64,000 bases of DNA from Amoebidium appalachense (GCA_963693365.1 CAVNZM010000001.1:7828907-7892906), one strand, 5' to 3'. Positions 1 through 23,014 are shown, counted from the stretch's first letter. The notes: generated by a model from the letters alone, not told the origin. A program made the numbers and translations.

Positions 1-105
1 CACACCAACACTACCGTGCATCATCATGCTATGCCATTGGGTAGACGGGGCGTGCAGAGGGGGAAATGTGGGAAAGAGGGAGAGAGAGAGTGTGTGTGTG
101 TGTGT

Positions 106-141
<36 letters not shown>

Positions 142-167
142 ATGCTGACGCAGTGTGATGTTTCCAG

Positions 168-381
168 ATTGCCGAACCTACCACGTCATTTGCCCCTCAA
201 TTGGCCCGGGCACCAAGTCTGGGAGCCCCGACACGCACGGAATCGTATGACCCCCCCCCCCCTCGCCCCTTCCCCCCCTTCTCCTTCCCCCCCCTCCCCC
301 TCCCCCCCCCCCCCCCTCCCCCTCTCCCCCGGCCCGCTCCCCCCCGAATAATGAATGGAGAGAAGTGGGGCACGCACACGT

Positions 382-435
<54 letters not shown>

Positions 436-1715
436 CATCACACACCATGACCACCGCCACTGCCACTTCCACTGCCACTGCCACTGCCGCTACTAATCGT
501 ACACGTATATACGAGTGTGCAGTCATCTAAACAACAGAATAACCTTTTGCGTGCGCATTTGGTTGAGCCCAACATTCGGGTTTTCGTTCCCTGTGGACAT
601 GCCCCCTTCCATCGTAAGGGCGTCCAGTACAAACGCAGACAGTATGTGTTCTGACAGCTTCGCTGTTAACATATGATCTATGAAATGGCCCCGGCTCTCG
701 TGTCCCCATTTTTTATGAACACGTTGCTTCTAACGTGCGCACGCGATCCTCGTTGTCTGTGACATGGCTCGGTTTTCGATTCCTATTTTCAGTACACATT
801 GTTTCTGGTGTGAACACGTGATAGGTAACTTATGCATGGGCCGTTTTCTGTTGCAGGATCCACATCAAGATCGAGGAGAAGGTTGTCCTCACGGCGAATC
901 GCGACGGCGGTATGCAGGGAATGGAGATTAAGGGTGACCTTATTCTCAGGGTACGTGTGCGTGTTTAAAGAACTGCGTGTTCCAAAATATTGGCTGCGTA
1001 CCTGCATGCAAGAACAGCGTGTTCCGAAATAGTGATTGTCTGGGCATGTGCACACAACAACTACGTGTTTCTAAATAGAAATCTTTAAGAACTGTAAATA
1101 TTCTCGTGGGAACAAACGAACAGGGGTGGTGTGGTGTGTGCATGGTTACGTCTTGCGGATGTCAGTTGTCGATATTTCCTTGTCCTGACACCACTCATGC
1201 ACACCTGTCGTTGCCATTCTCTTGTTTTTTTTCTTCTTCTTCTTCCTCTTCTTCTTTTTGTGCCTGTCAATGCATTTTGCGTCATGGTCGCCACCTTAGT
1301 CCATGAGATGTCGTTATGATGTTTGGCAAGGTGGTGGGTTATGGCTTTGTGTTGGTGCATGCCGCAAGTTCTGGTGTTTTGTATGTGTGGTGTGGGTGCG
1401 TGCATGCGTGCGTTCGTGTGTGCGTGTATGTACGTGTGTGCGTGCGTGCGCGCACGAGTGTGTGAGGGAGGGCATGAGGTCGGCGGCGGCGGTGGTGGTG
1501 AGGGGGGGGAGGGGGGGGGGGGGGATAATGATAATCATCAGTGTAATTATGCACTTCCATGCCTGGACGCCCATGTGAGGGAGTGCGCTGTGTGACTGTG
1601 TGGGGTGCACAGGTATCGGACCCAGACAAGGCACGCATCAGGGTAGACCTTGCCCTGCCAGACGACAAGCCCTTCCAGTACAAGGTTTGTGATGGCATCT
1701 TGTTTTTTTTATATC

Positions 1716-1749
<34 letters not shown>

Positions 1750-1984
1750 TGATGACTTGGGCCCTCCCTGAGGATGGGCTCTGCTTATGACGCATACTGC
1801 GCGCATGGCTATGTTGCATACTTGAATATTTGCCTTTGCATGTGTCCTTCGTGTATGCGTACTTCGTACCGTGTTCCGCATTCAACCCCCCCCCCCCCCC
1901 CCCCCCCCCCCCCACCACCACCACCACCACCACCACCACACACACACATACACACCCTCCCCATTACTATCAACCCCCCCCCCC

Positions 1985-2015
<31 letters not shown>

Positions 2016-2917
2016 ACACACCACCACCACCAGTACCACCACCACTACCACCACACCCACCAAAAGTCCTGGCCCTTCTTCTGGCAAACAACTAACCACC
2101 ACACACACACACACACACACACACATGCAAATGCACACTACACCACATATACACACATTTGCGCCCTCATTAGCACTCACACTTGAGCACACACCACACG
2201 TACACACACGTGCACATATGCAGACACTTTTTTTTGGGGGGGGGGAGGGGGGGGGGGGGCTCACATCTCTTTGTTCATCTCTGGCTGCATGCCGCATGTG
2301 TGCGTTGTGATTGTTCATCTCATCACCTCTTTTTGCCAACCATATACGGGCACATTTGCTACATGTGCCCACATCCAGCCAGTTGGCCAGTTGTTCCATC
2401 TACGGGTGCATTACCAAAAATGGGCATACAGTTACCAAATATGCCCACCTTATAAACATCCATGGCCGCACCTACCACCTGCATAGGCACACACACCTAC
2501 CATATATGGACACACACCTACCATATATGGACACACACACCCACCATATATGGGCAAATAATTTACTCACCCCATGGCGCTGCAGACCCACCCCAACTGC
2601 AACAAGCAGCTGTTCAACGACGAGAGTGCCATTGCTCTTAAAGACCCATCACGGCCCTTCCCCCTTAATGCCGACCAGGGTGTGCTAAAGTACCGCCTGG
2701 CTACCACAGACGACTCCCTTCTGCCTCTCTCAGGTGCATATTCCCCCCCCCCCCCCCCCCCCCCCCCCCCCTTCCCCCCCCAAACACACGCACACACCTG
2801 CCTCTTCCCTTTTCCCGTTGTTGCTCTCCTTTTCAAACTCCCCCTCTTCCTCCTGCGCACACGCATTTGCATGTACGCACGAACATGCGCACACACATAC
2901 ACACACACTCACGCGCG

Positions 2918-3005
<88 letters not shown>

Positions 3006-3209
3006 GCGGCGCGCGCGCACGGCTACAACTACACAAGACTCGGTACACTCACCAAAACCCCTGCACGAACACCTTCCTGCATCATCTTCAATATCTGCAA
3101 TATCAACAACTCAGCATTTGGTTGTCGTCCTCCTGCGCACACGCATTTGCATGCACGCACGAACATGCGCACACACATACACACACACTCACGCGCGCTC
3201 ACACGGGCG

Positions 3210-3264
<55 letters not shown>

Positions 3265-3468
3265 GCGGCGCGCGCGCACGGCTACAACTACACAAGACTC
3301 GGTACACTCACCAAAACCCCTGCACGAACACCTTCCTGCATCATCTTCAATATCTGCAATATCAACAACTCAGCATTTGGTTGTCGTCCTCCTGCGCACA
3401 CGCATTTGCATGCACGCACGAACATGCGCACACACATACACACACACTCACGCGCGCTCACACGGGCG

Positions 3469-3539
<71 letters not shown>

Positions 3540-4438
3540 GCGGCGCGCGCGCACGGCTACAACTACACAATCTCGGTACACTCACGAAAACCCCTGCACG
3601 AACACCTTCCTGCATCATCTTCAATATCTGCAATATCAACAACTCAGCATTTGACAACTCAGCATTTGGTTGTCGTTGTCAAGTTCCCACCTTTCTCTCC
3701 CCCTTTTTGTAACTCTTAAACTAATGCGCATGCACACAGTCAACTGCTGGCCGTCCATCAACGCTGACGGCACAGCCGACGTCAACATCGAATACGAACT
3801 TGAGGACACCCGCCTGGTCCTGGAGAGAGTCACAATCCACATACCCGTTCCGTATGTCCCCTCTTCCCATTAAATACATACACGTACCCCACCTGGTGCA
3901 TGGATTGAAGGATGCAGGGGGAAGGAATGGGGGGAGGGGGGAAGGGGGGGGGGGAGGAGGGGGGTGGGGGGTGGGGGTGGTGGTGGTGGGGGGGGGGGGG
4001 GGGGGGGGAAGGAGGAGAGACATGCATGCGGTCCCCGCATAGATTGAAGGGCACCGGGGGGGGGGGGGGGAGGACGGTTCGTGTGCATGGGTGCGTGCGC
4101 ACGCGCGCGAATTTGTTTGCGGTAGATGGATCAACAATTTAACATTGGTTTTGTGCATTACATTGCCCTTTGTGAATTCTTACTCCCTAAGGTGCAACTC
4201 TTTAATCCTCTCCTCCCCTTCCCCTCCTCCTCCCCCCTCACCCCCCCCCACCCCCCTCTCCCCTCCCTCTTGCTGTCCGCACTGTCAAAGACAATATGGT
4301 GCCATATGTTCCCTGTTATTAATCTTTCACACATTCCCCCCTCCCCCCCCCCCCCCTCCCCCCCCCCCCCCCCCCCCCCTCCCCCCAACACCTCCCTTCC
4401 CCCCTTCCGGCCCGAACATGTGCACGTCCACACACACA

Positions 4439-4537
<99 letters not shown>

Positions 4538-5223
4538 ACTCAATCTTTCACTCATTCGCTCGCGCACACTTACACTCCCCCTCCCTCCCCCCCTCCCCCC
4601 CCCCCCCCCCCCACCCCCTCTCCAACGCTCTCACTCACCCTCCTCCCCCCCCCCCCCCCTCCACACACACACACACGTACACACACACACACATTTAGGT
4701 CTCAACCCAAGGTAGGCAACTGTGACGGTGAGTTCTTCTTCAACACACGTGACCGTCGGCTCGAGTGGACCGTTCCCCTTATTGACGGCAACAGCCCCAC
4801 CGGGTCCATGGAGTTCAGTGCACAGGTGCAGGATCCAAACGTGTTCTTCCCCGTCCACGTCGACTTTGTCTCCTCTTCGAGCTTCTCCGACATTCAGGTG
4901 AGTGTGCGTGTTATGTGTGTGTGTGGGTAGGTGGGCGGGTGGATGCCTCCCTCTAGATTTTCTCCCTCTCTCCCTCTTCCTTCCTCTGTACCATGCACAT
5001 ATGAGAGTTAGCAGACCCCCCCCCCCCCCCCCCCCTCTCTCCCTCCCCCCCCCCTTCCCCCCCCCCCCCCCCCTCCCCCCCCCCCCCCCCCCCCCCCCGG
5101 GCATCTCGAAGCACTAACCTTTCTTTTCACACACAGATTACAAGCGTCACTACTCCAGACGGGGCACCGCTTACCTTCTCGAGCGAAACGAGCTTTGGGG
5201 TCGAAAACTATAGCATCGTTTAA
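168..5223 (+). CDS. ARCN1: Coatomer subunit delta (delta-COP), 3' portion (mu-homology domain). Exons 168-244, 857-950, 1613-1684, 2586-2733, 3740-3851, 4699-4897, 5137-5223. The 5' part lies outside the window.
   Basis: All introns are GT-AG with consistent phases. The spliced protein contains [100 protein letters not shown] and FFPVHVDF, and ends ENYSIV*. These motifs are typical of delta-COP/RET2. Confidence 0.95.
2851..3677. repeat. Three tandem copies of a ~260-280 bp unit inside a delta-COP intron
   Basis: Units start at about 2851, 3131 and 3390 (tcctgcgcacacgcatttgcatg...(CA)n...caagcggcgcgcgcgcacggctacaactacacaa...ctcagcatttg). They differ mainly in (CA)n length. Confidence 0.85.
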
Positions 5224-6433
5224 TAGGCAAATATGTGTGCGGTAGGGCTTAACGTTAGCGTGATTGGTCTCCGTATGTGTAGTATTTTTGTGTTTCCAAG
5301 CTATTTCTTCGCTATCATTTCCGGTTTGCGGGTTTGTTTATTAGTTTATTTGCCTGTTTTATCTAAATATGTTTGTGGGATTGTAAACGTTGCTTCTTTG
5401 GAAGGTCGGAGGCACAACATGCACATAGTTCATACACTGCTACTTCACAATGTACACAGTCATATTGGTGTCTTTTCCCACGTGTTTGCTCTGCAGTTGA
5501 CGTGAATACTTCGTCTCACAGGCAATCGATTATGTGTTTTTGCATTCATGACAACCGCATGCACACTACTCGCCATTTTCTTCTGGATTTGTGTGAGAGA
5601 ATGTGGCAGTACTGTAGTAGTAGTGATGCATGATTCACGTATACCAATCTTCGGCATCTTTCACTCGGTTAATCTTTACATGCAATGATATAAATACATG
5701 TTGAACTCAAAGGGGTGGAGAGATGGGCTCAAACATGAAGAAAATAATTATTAGGCAGTACACCTGTGTCCCGGCCCCACCGGTGTGTATCCGTGTTGTT
5801 TGAACGTACTGTGCAATGCATGCAATGGAGTTGCATTGCCAAATAGTTACTCCATTGTTTGTGCACGTGCTCGTGTGTATGTCCATGTGTGCATGAGATG
5901 CGCCCCTGGCTATGTGTTTGTGTGCATTATTATGCTCATGCATTCATGCGCCACAATGTCATGTACATGTGCGAAAATGTGTGCGTGTTCACGACTAATA
6001 ACTGTGTGGGCTTCCTGTCTGTGTGCATGTGCGTGCGCGCGGGCGTGTGTGTTGTGTTTTTGTGTAACACTACTAAACAGCTACATGTGTAGTAACCTTT
6101 GTTTGTGCACATGCGCGCTTGCGCAAAGGTGTGCGTGTGTGTTTGTGTGTGTGTGTGTGTGCACGCGCACGCCCATGTGCGTGTGTGTGTGTGTGACAGT
6201 GCTCGTGTGTGTCGAGTGCAACTGTGTGTGTGACAGTGCTCGTGTGTGTCGAGTGCAACTGTGCATCTGTACATCATATTTAGCCCCACGAAGGAAAAAG
6301 GGTGCATGTGAGAAAAATGATTCAGAACCTGACAAACACATGCACACACGCACACACGCACATGCACACACACGTGCACACGCAGACACGCACACGCGCA
6401 CAACACACACGCAAGCACACACGCACGCGCGCA

Positions 6434-6508
<75 letters not shown>

Positions 6509-7133
6509 CCATAACGTTCACATAGTTGTAAATGTTGCTCCTTTAATAACTAGGGATCCACATAGCCGCAGTGTAGGGAATGGTAGGTTCCGTGAAAAGT
6601 CCGTACTTCGGACGCTGAAGGGGCATTTGAATAAATCCTTCAGCCTGATAATAAGTGGCCCTCGAGCTCGTGTTCCTCCGGCAACGCCTGGCCTCTTCCG
6701 CACTGCGACAGATCGGTTCAGCTGAGACGATACACAGCCTGGCTCTTTGTTTCTCCGTGTTTCTAGAAGGAGCTGTAAACGCTGTGGCGTTGCTTATGCG
6801 AAAATCAAGACCATGGATGGTGCGCTTTCTACCATGTGTGTACATCCATCTACCGTAACGGTGCGTGTATACAGGCCTGTATAGAATTCTGTATGCGCAG
6901 TTATAAGCCCTGGGATGTCCCTAAAAACACTACACCAGAATACCTATCTTTTGGGTAGCTAACTAGCCCAGCCGATTATTAAATACTTGGCCCTAATAGG
7001 GGGAAAAAATAAGTTGTGTAACTTTCCTTCAAAGCTGCCGGTGGCCTGAGCGTAGGCTGAAGAAGCGGCTGTACTTGTACACGTATCAATTGCAGAATGT
7101 CCGTGACCAAATGAAACCGATCCCGCAGATCTT

Positions 7134-7309
7134 CCAATGTCGTACTTTTGTACCCAATCAGATGACGTAGAAAATTCTTTTCATCCAGATCAACCAATCA
7201 TAAAAATACTCTGAACCGAGACCAGATCTGAGATCTCGATATCAACACTCCTGAATCTTTGATTTCGGCTCACTGGCCAGCACTGGCTTTTCGAGGAGTG
7301 ACTATAAAA
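7134..7309 (+). promoter_or_regulatory. Putative core promoter of the nuclease gene: CCAAT boxes and TATA box
   Basis: CCAAT at 7134, CCAATCA at 7154 and 7194, and TATAAAA at 7303-7309, about 78 bp upstream of the ATG at 7381. Confidence 0.55.
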
Positions 7310-7380
7310 GCATCTGCCCTTGGGATATACCTCTCATTCAGTCATTTGACTCGAATGTTGAAACCGCAAGTTCTTCTTCA

Positions 7381-14862
<7,482 letters not shown>

Positions 14863-15411
14863 AGGTTTTAAAATTTAATTTTTGGGGGGGTTTCAACAAT
14901 CTTAAAAAGGATTGTTTGGGTAGGAAGCGCATGTGCACATGTATTTGCACGTGGTTGGTTTTGGCTGTGCAGGGCTTCGCTTTAACCTAGTTAAATGCCG
15001 ATTTGTTAGCTCGCTTGAATGGATGAGGCCTAGACAGCTGTGTTCCTATCTTTAGTGATTTTGGTCTGCAAATATGAGCACTAGGTAGGAAGGGTAAGCA
15101 AACCACTTTTGAAAAATGTTCAAGCACGAGACGTCTTTGGTAGCCTTTTGGGTTTCAAGTCAAAAAAAAAGACCTCAATTAAATTCGAGATGACAAGGGC
15201 AGTGGTTCTTTTTTTGTGATTGTTTGTGTAAAAGTATCTAACCACTGTGTGGTTTTAGACACTTGTTTTGGCATGCATGCAAACTGTGTCAATACATGCG
15301 CCGGTATGCTACCAGATCTAGATACATAGAGAAAAGTAAACTTTCAGCTCGCACATATGTTATTACAGCTTCGGAGTCGAATACAATGGATAATCCGATT
15401 TTCAATCCGCC

Positions 15412-15444
<33 letters not shown>

Positions 15445-15773
15445 ACCCTCCCCCCTCCCTCCACCCGCCACCTTCATCCCTGCCAATACCATCATATTAA
15501 AGGGCCTCCACCATCTCCCATCGCCAAGCTACCACCATCACCTATCTCCCCCCCCCCCCCCCCCCCCCCCCCCCCGCCCCCCAACTGTTACACACACTCA
15601 CACACACACGTGTGCGCGCGCACACACACACACACACTCTGACACGACACACACACATACACGCGCACGCACCGTGACGCGCACGCACATACACAGGCAC
15701 GCGCACCCACGCACGCAAACACACGTACGTGCGTACACACACACACACACACACGCTAACACTCACGCACGCG

Positions 15774-15926
<153 letters not shown>

Positions 15927-16404
15927 CACAACTCGCCCTCGGATGCTGCCCGCATCAAGTTGGCTCTGGGTTCGTCTGAGCTCCGCATCATAATATCATC
16001 TCTAAGAGGACAGGAATCAATTTTTTTTTGGTGTTTGTGTGTGTGTGTGGGGGAGGGGGGGGGGAGGGGGGGGAGGGAGGGGGATACTTATAAATATAAA
16101 GAGGGATCTAAATATAATGAAACACTGTGCGAAATAAGAAGTATTTGATTAGGGGCCATATTCTATGTCATTCTTCTTTATTCATTTTATCACGTTTTGT
16201 TCCCTAGGACCTTTGCAGGGCCTCTAGGGAAACTATCGTCTACCACACAGCACTGACAGTACACTATATTAGTTAGGGTGCCAGCTATGTGCTCAGCTAA
16301 GCTAAACCAACATTCACAAACCTAACTATAAGTACACACTTTGCCCAGGGTTACTACCCCAACCACGCACATTTTTTAATGTTTCCTTTCTTTTTAATCA
16401 TGGG

Positions 16405-16944
16405 CTAAGCGGCAGCCGACATAGTTGCGGTGACGGTCTCTGTGAGGGTTGTGGGCTGCAGCACGGTGCTGGTCTCCACGGCCGTGGTGGTGGCGACCAG
16501 CGTGGACACAAGCGTTGCTGTCGTAATCTCCGTTGCCGTCTCCGTCAGCGTCGTGGCCACCTCCACCGTCTGCGTCTCCGTCACCGTGACAGGCGCGGGG
16601 GCGGGCAGTGTCTGTGTTGCCGTGGCTGTGACTGTGCTCCAGTGCACCTGGGTGGTTATCACGCTGGTTGTCTTTGTGACCGTGGTGGCCGGGGCGGTGA
16701 CGGTGGAGGTGGCTGTGACGTGCGCAGTGGTGGTGGCCGTCCGCGTGGCCGTGGTCGTGGAGACAAGCGTCTTTTGAACCGTCTGCGTCACCGTCTTGGT
16801 CACCGTCTTGGTCACTGTCTTGGCATTGGCCGCACCTAGCAGCAGCTGGCTGGGCACAAGGACGGCTGCAGAGGCGGTTGGGAGGGTGGCAGCGGCAGCA
16901 GAAAAGCCGAAGAGGAAAGCGGAAAGGAGAGCGAGGCACTTCAT
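16405..16944 (-). CDS. Secreted Thr/Val/Ala-rich TxT-repeat protein, copy 1 (179 aa)
   Basis: Intronless ORF with signal peptide MKCLALLSAFLFGFSAAAA and a KTVT/TxTxT body. It has an in-frame deletion of about 11 aa relative to its paralogs. Confidence 0.88.
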   Translation of the reverse strand: MKCLALLSAFLFGFSAAAATLPTASAAVLVPSQLLLGAANAKTVTKTVTKTVTQTVQKTLVSTTTATRTATTTAHVTATSTVTAPATTVTKTTSVITTQVHWSTVTATATQTLPAPAPVTVTETQTVEVATTLTETATEITTATLVSTLVATTTAVETSTVLQPTTLTETVTATMSAAA

Positions 16945-17037
16945 CTTGGATGTTTGGGGATATGCGGGCAGCTGCTGGTTGTGTTGTCTGGGTAATTCTG
17001 AGCTGATTTTCTGTCGACTGACTGAGGTTCATTCGGC

Positions 17038-17145
17038 ATTTATACCTATGCAAGCGAGATCGGAATGTGATTACAAAATATTTTTCCCGTGATGTCAACC
17101 AATCAATCTTTCCAAGTCTAAATTTCAACGCGATTTCATTGGTGG
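17038..17145 (-). promoter_or_regulatory. Conserved promoter of Thr-rich copy 1 (TATAAAT plus two CCAAT boxes)
   Basis: On the + strand: atttata at 17038, ccaatca at 17099 (61 bp offset) and attgg at ~17139. The same arrangement occurs in all five copies. Confidence 0.7.
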
Positions 17146-18063
17146 AGATGTTTGCCGGGGACTCCGATGTTCACGCCGACATCTGTGCAGTGTGCACCGA
17201 CAAGTCACCGTACCGTTTCCATTGTAACGCCTCATTTCCTTAGCGTCGCCTTTTGTTAAACGTCCCTATGAATACGCACGAGGCATCTTATTGCGTATGG
17301 GTGGGTGTTGGTATGATCACCAGGCTGCATAGGGTAACAGTATTAGTCTCATAATTAGTGGCTGTTAAACTTTGGGGCGGGGGGTCACGTGTGGCACTGT
17401 GTTTGGTACAGTAGCATGCGCAGCTGGAGGGGGCCCACTCACCCCTCCGGGGACCCACCCACCCCAAAGCCTATGTATGAATGTATATATCAAATGACTA
17501 GTACGTTTACTTATTTATTTATCCCGTTTCACTCCCAGCGAGCCACTGCTTCAGTGACCTACTAAAGTCTTGCGAATACATACACCAATGTCCATCAGAA
17601 TACTAATAACTAAACCGACCCCACTGGCGCCTCAGCCTTGCCGCAATCTTGCCACTAGTGCACGAATACGCGAACTCACTCAACCAACACCAGCCGGGAG
17701 CGGCCCGGGATCTTAGTAGATATCATCAGTAGAGGCTATGATGGGATGGGGAAAACCCTTAATTATGTTATTCAGCCGGCGCCCCCGAACCGTGGCCCGC
17801 GGTGACTCGAGATTTAACCATTTACCTCCACTCGGACGTAGTAAGGGACCTGGATGAAAACCCAAACGGTACGGCGCGCAGCTGCAGAGGGACAGTGCTG
17901 TTTATGACAAATACTGAGTAGTACGGGACTTCGCAGCGGTTTGCATATTGCAGATATCTTCCCGAACGTAGTAAGAATTGAAGCTATAATACTATTATCA
18001 AATTGGGGATCTTGACTGAAACCTGCAGGCTATAGTACCGTACGAATTCATGCTCAAGCCCCC

Positions 18064-18108
<45 letters not shown>

Positions 18109-18144
18109 TAACAGCTGCCCCCCCCCCCCCCCCCCTTCCCCCCC

Positions 18145-18179
<35 letters not shown>

Positions 18180-18493
18180 GTAGGCCTGGGCAGCATACTC
18201 GTCTTCAATCGCCCCGGCGCGCGCCTCACAGCGTGCTTGTGCACACGTGTACCACACACGAACACGAGGCGTTGCACAAACCAAATATAGATGATGCACA
18301 CCCGACATGAATGTGTTACTGCTAAGATATTGTCAATATATATGGGACTATCACACACGAGTAAACTTGAAGGGTGCCTTTTATGTGATCCGTGCAGTCT
18401 GTCACAGCGAGTGGTGGGTCGGGTTTCATACGCATACCCACATCCGAGTCAAGTAAGTGGCATAGCACTCCCTGCCATGATCACACGGCATGA

Positions 18494-18579
<86 letters not shown>

Positions 18580-18664
18580 GCACGCACGCGCGCACACACA
18601 CACACACACACACTCACACACACTCACACACACACAAAAAGACACACATACAGACACACACACA

Positions 18665-18741
<77 letters not shown>

Positions 18742-19518
18742 TTACACTCACCCACACACACACATATTTACACTCACCCACTCCACACATATCTATTCCC
18801 CGCCACACAGACAGTCTCACACAAACGCGTAAGGGGACAGCACGGTGATTGCGACAACCCGGCACCCGCTGTTTCATAGTTGTAAGGTGACTGCAAGGAA
18901 TACAGCCTTTGATAGGTGGAAAAGAGATGTATGGCCATTACCCGTGGGGGAGGGGGGGAGGGGGGAACCCACCACCCCTGCGGTTAGGTTGTAGAAAGGG
19001 GGGGGAAGGGGGTGGGGGGAGGGGGGAGCCCAACTTGCCACCCCGGTGAGGAACTGCGAAGTCACGGTTCTACCCCCCACCTATCCCACCCCCCCTCCCC
19101 CCTTTTCGGAGGTACCACCAGGAGCTAGTGGGGACCTCGACATTTACCACCACCATCCCCCCGTCCCCCCACTCCCCACGTCCACTCCCCCCACCTCCCC
19201 TTCTCCCCAGCAATTCCAATTCAAGGATTACTTGGCCACCTGTGTGGGACACGTTTCATGGATGTTGCACTCGTTCTCAAACTGTAAAAAGCTCGATTCT
19301 AAAACAATAGATGAAGGAACCCCAGCCGAACGGTTGGGATGAGGGGAATTCGAAGGAGAGAGAGTGAGGAGGTGAAGGGGAAGGGGGAGGGAGGGGCGGC
19401 GGTGGGGGGTTAGTAACTTACTGGGGGGGGAGAGGAGGGGGGTGACGGGCGGGGGGGGGGGGGGGGGGGGGGGTTTGCATATAGAATGGGTTGTGTCGGT
19501 AGCTGCTATCTCTCTCTG

Positions 19519-19617
<99 letters not shown>

Positions 19618-19854
19618 CTCTCCCCCCCCCCCCCCCCCTCTCTCGCGCTCTCTCTCTCTCTCCCTCCCTCCCTCCCTCCCTCCCTGCTGAATTCCCTCCC
19701 TAACTCCCTCCCTCCCTCCCTTCCTTCCTCCCTTCCTCCCTCCCTCCCACCGAGGCGCGCGTGTGCACGCGCGTGCGCACACACACACACACGCACGCAC
19801 ACACACACATATATATACATACACACAACGCACACACACCCACGGACGCATGCA

Positions 19855-19924
<70 letters not shown>

Positions 19925-19999
19925 CACACACGCACACAAACACACGTCACCCACCCACCCACACACACACACGTCACGCACACACACAAACACACACAC

Positions 20000-20067
<68 letters not shown>

Positions 20068-20721
20068 CCCTCTAGATCTGTTGCTCCTTAATCTTATTGA
20101 TAGCTAAGTGGCTCTCCCCTCCTCCCGAGTACTGTTGGGCGCCCTTTTGTGTGTTTATGTTTTGGGGGGGGATTATAAGATAGAGATGCTGACGGGAAAA
20201 AGAGGGACACGATCACAGACCAGCTGGGGCTCGTGAGACCTCACAGGGGGAGGGGGGGGGGAGGGGGGAGAGGGGGTGGAAAGGGAGGTATCATCATGAA
20301 TTAAACTGTAACCGTCGTGCGCACCCATTTGTGCACGCTATGTACTTCAAATTTGCTTTTTTTCTTATTTCTAATTATTGTTGTCAATACTTGCCGCAAG
20401 TTGGCCATGGTGTCTTTTGTCCTCGGAGAAGCCCCTTATTAATAAGAAGGGGTTCCTATAAAGAATACGGTACGCAACCTCGCTATTTATTAACACTGAC
20501 TGATACGTACTCTAGCTAGCTAGCCAAGTGCTTATGATGGTGTAAACTACAACACCTTCGCCATTCATTACTATGGCATAGTACACATTTATCCCCGTTA
20601 CTCCAGCCTCGTTGGTGGGAGTTTTACTTCAACAGTTTACAGATACCCTACACTAGATGACATCGTCCACTTAAGAAGTCAAGTCCCATATTAGCCGGGG
20701 AGGAGGGGGTGTTCAGAAGGT

Positions 20722-20752
<31 letters not shown>

Positions 20753-21211
20753 TGGGATGTGGGGGTGGAAGTGGGTGAGGGATCTAATCATTATGAAACA
20801 TTTGTGTCATTCACAACACAACAGCAGTCCGACTATGTACTCCTAGTTAAATGAGAATGGCATGCATTGAAGATCAAATAGTAAGTTAGGGTCCCGGCCA
20901 TATCCGGGTGCAGAATATCAGTTTCGAAAGCTTTTTCTATAAAAAGTCACATGCGCATACAGTCAGGATGCTAAATCAATGCTAGCACACACACACACAC
21001 ATACACGCACACACACAAACACACGTGCACACGCACACACACACACACACATGTACACACACACACACACACACACACACAACGCACACACACACCCACC
21101 CACCCACCCACCCACCCACACACACAAACAGACACATACATGTACACACACACCCACCCACCCACACACACACCCTCACACCCACCCACCCACACACACG
21201 CACACACACAT

Positions 21212-21250
<39 letters not shown>

Positions 21251-21473
21251 CACTCACTCACTCACAAACACAGTCACACACGAGCACATGTAAATGGACA
21301 CATCATGCACACACACACACACATAGACACCCACACACCTACGCACGGGCGAAAGCACGCACAAACATACCCACGTACAAAGTGTGACGTCACGCATATA
21401 CGCATGCTCCACACAATCACACATCTATGCATACATGCACACAGATCCACACACACAATCGCACACAAAAACA

Positions 21474-21618
<145 letters not shown>

Positions 21619-21638
21619 ACAGACACATAAACACACAT

Positions 21639-21723
<85 letters not shown>

Positions 21724-22397
21724 TACATACACACACACACACATACACACACACGAATACACACGGACTCTTTTTTTGGGCGTTCATGCTAATTGGGAAA
21801 GATGGGGGGGAGAGAGAAAATCTGCTGAGCAAGCAACTGAACCATTGACTATAGATATATGTCCCTGCATGGGGGAGTGTACAGGAGGGGGCGGCTGGTT
21901 GGGAGGTACCTGAAACATTAATATTTATGCGCATTAGAAAACATTAATATTAGGCCTGAGCCTTTCAACATTACGCATTTTCTTTTTTTTTTTTTTTCCC
22001 TTTCAAAATTTTATTTGATCAGTATTTGGTCTCGTTTCAAAGTTTGTCCCGAAGGAACCCTCTTCATATCAGGGGGTTACCGTGTTCACCAAAAAGCACC
22101 GTCGTTACTCTGCACACCAGCTAGGGTGGTATTGATGGTACATTCAGCGTATCTAGCACATAAATAGAATTAGATATGAAGCCCAGGGGTTTACTTCAGT
22201 CTCGCCAGTCGGGAGGTTTACTTCAACATGTACAGTCACCGATACCGTATGTATACAGCACATAGTATTAATTAGCTTGAGGCGTACGGGAGGGAAGAGC
22301 TCGAGGGGGGATGGGGAAATAAAGGAATTGTGCTCGTGAAACCGTTTGGGTTAGGCCGAGCCTTTCAATTATTAACAACACAACAGCTGCAGCCAAC

Positions 22398-22964
22398 TCA
22401 TTGCGACTGTGTGGCGGTGACGATCTCCGTGAGGGTTGTGGGCTGCAGCACCGTGCTGGTCTGCACGGCCGTGGTGGTGGCGACCAGCGTGGACACAAGC
22501 ATTGCTGTCGTGGTCTCCGTGGCCGTCTCCGTCAGCGTCGTGGCCACCTCCACCGTCTGCGTCTCCGTCACCGTGACAGGCGCGGGGGCGGGCAGTGTCT
22601 GTGTGGCCGTGGCCGTTACTGTGCTCCAGTGCACCTGGGTGGTTACCACGCTGCTTGTCTTTGTGACCGTGATGGCCGGGGCGGTGACGGTGGCGGTGGC
22701 CGTGACGTGCGCAGTGGTGGTGGCCGTCCGCGTGGCCGTGGTCGTGGAGACAAGCGTCTTTTCAGCCGTCTGCGTCACCGTCTTGGTCACCGTCTTGGTC
22801 ACTGTCTTTGCATTGGCCGCACCTACCAGCGGCTGGCTGTTGGCTGAAGCGGCCGTGGCTGGGCTCGGTGGGGGCACAAGGGCGGCTGCAGAGGCGGTTG
22901 GCAGGGTGGCGGCGGCAGCAGAAAGGCCGAGGAGGAAAGCGGAAAGGAGAGCCAGGCACTTCAT
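22398..22964 (-). CDS. Secreted Thr-rich TxT-repeat protein, copy 2 (188 aa); the probable 5' UTR is interrupted by a TRIM
   Basis: Intact ORF with a signal peptide, highly similar to the other copies, with a variant C-terminus (TEIVTATQSQ*). Confidence 0.85.
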   Translation of the reverse strand: MKCLALLSAFLLGLSAAAATLPTASAAALVPPPSPATAASANSQPLVGAANAKTVTKTVTKTVTQTAEKTLVSTTTATRTATTTAHVTATATVTAPAITVTKTSSVVTTQVHWSTVTATATQTLPAPAPVTVTETQTVEVATTLTETATETTTAMLVSTLVATTTAVQTSTVLQPTTLTEIVTATQSQ

Positions 22965-23014
22965 CTTGGATGTTTGGGGATAGGCGGGCAGTGTTCAAAA
23001 ACGTGCTGGCGTGG

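Noticed and set aside
968-1095. Three ~22-bp semi-palindromic repeats (aagaac.gcgtgttcc.aaata) with dissimilar spacers
   Set aside because: The repeats are degenerate, few and irregularly spaced inside a delta-COP intron, so this is not a credible CRISPR array.
6543-7197. Short minus-strand ORFs between delta-COP and the nuclease gene
   Set aside because: They have no recognisable motifs or splice support, and the distal one overlaps the nuclease promoter.
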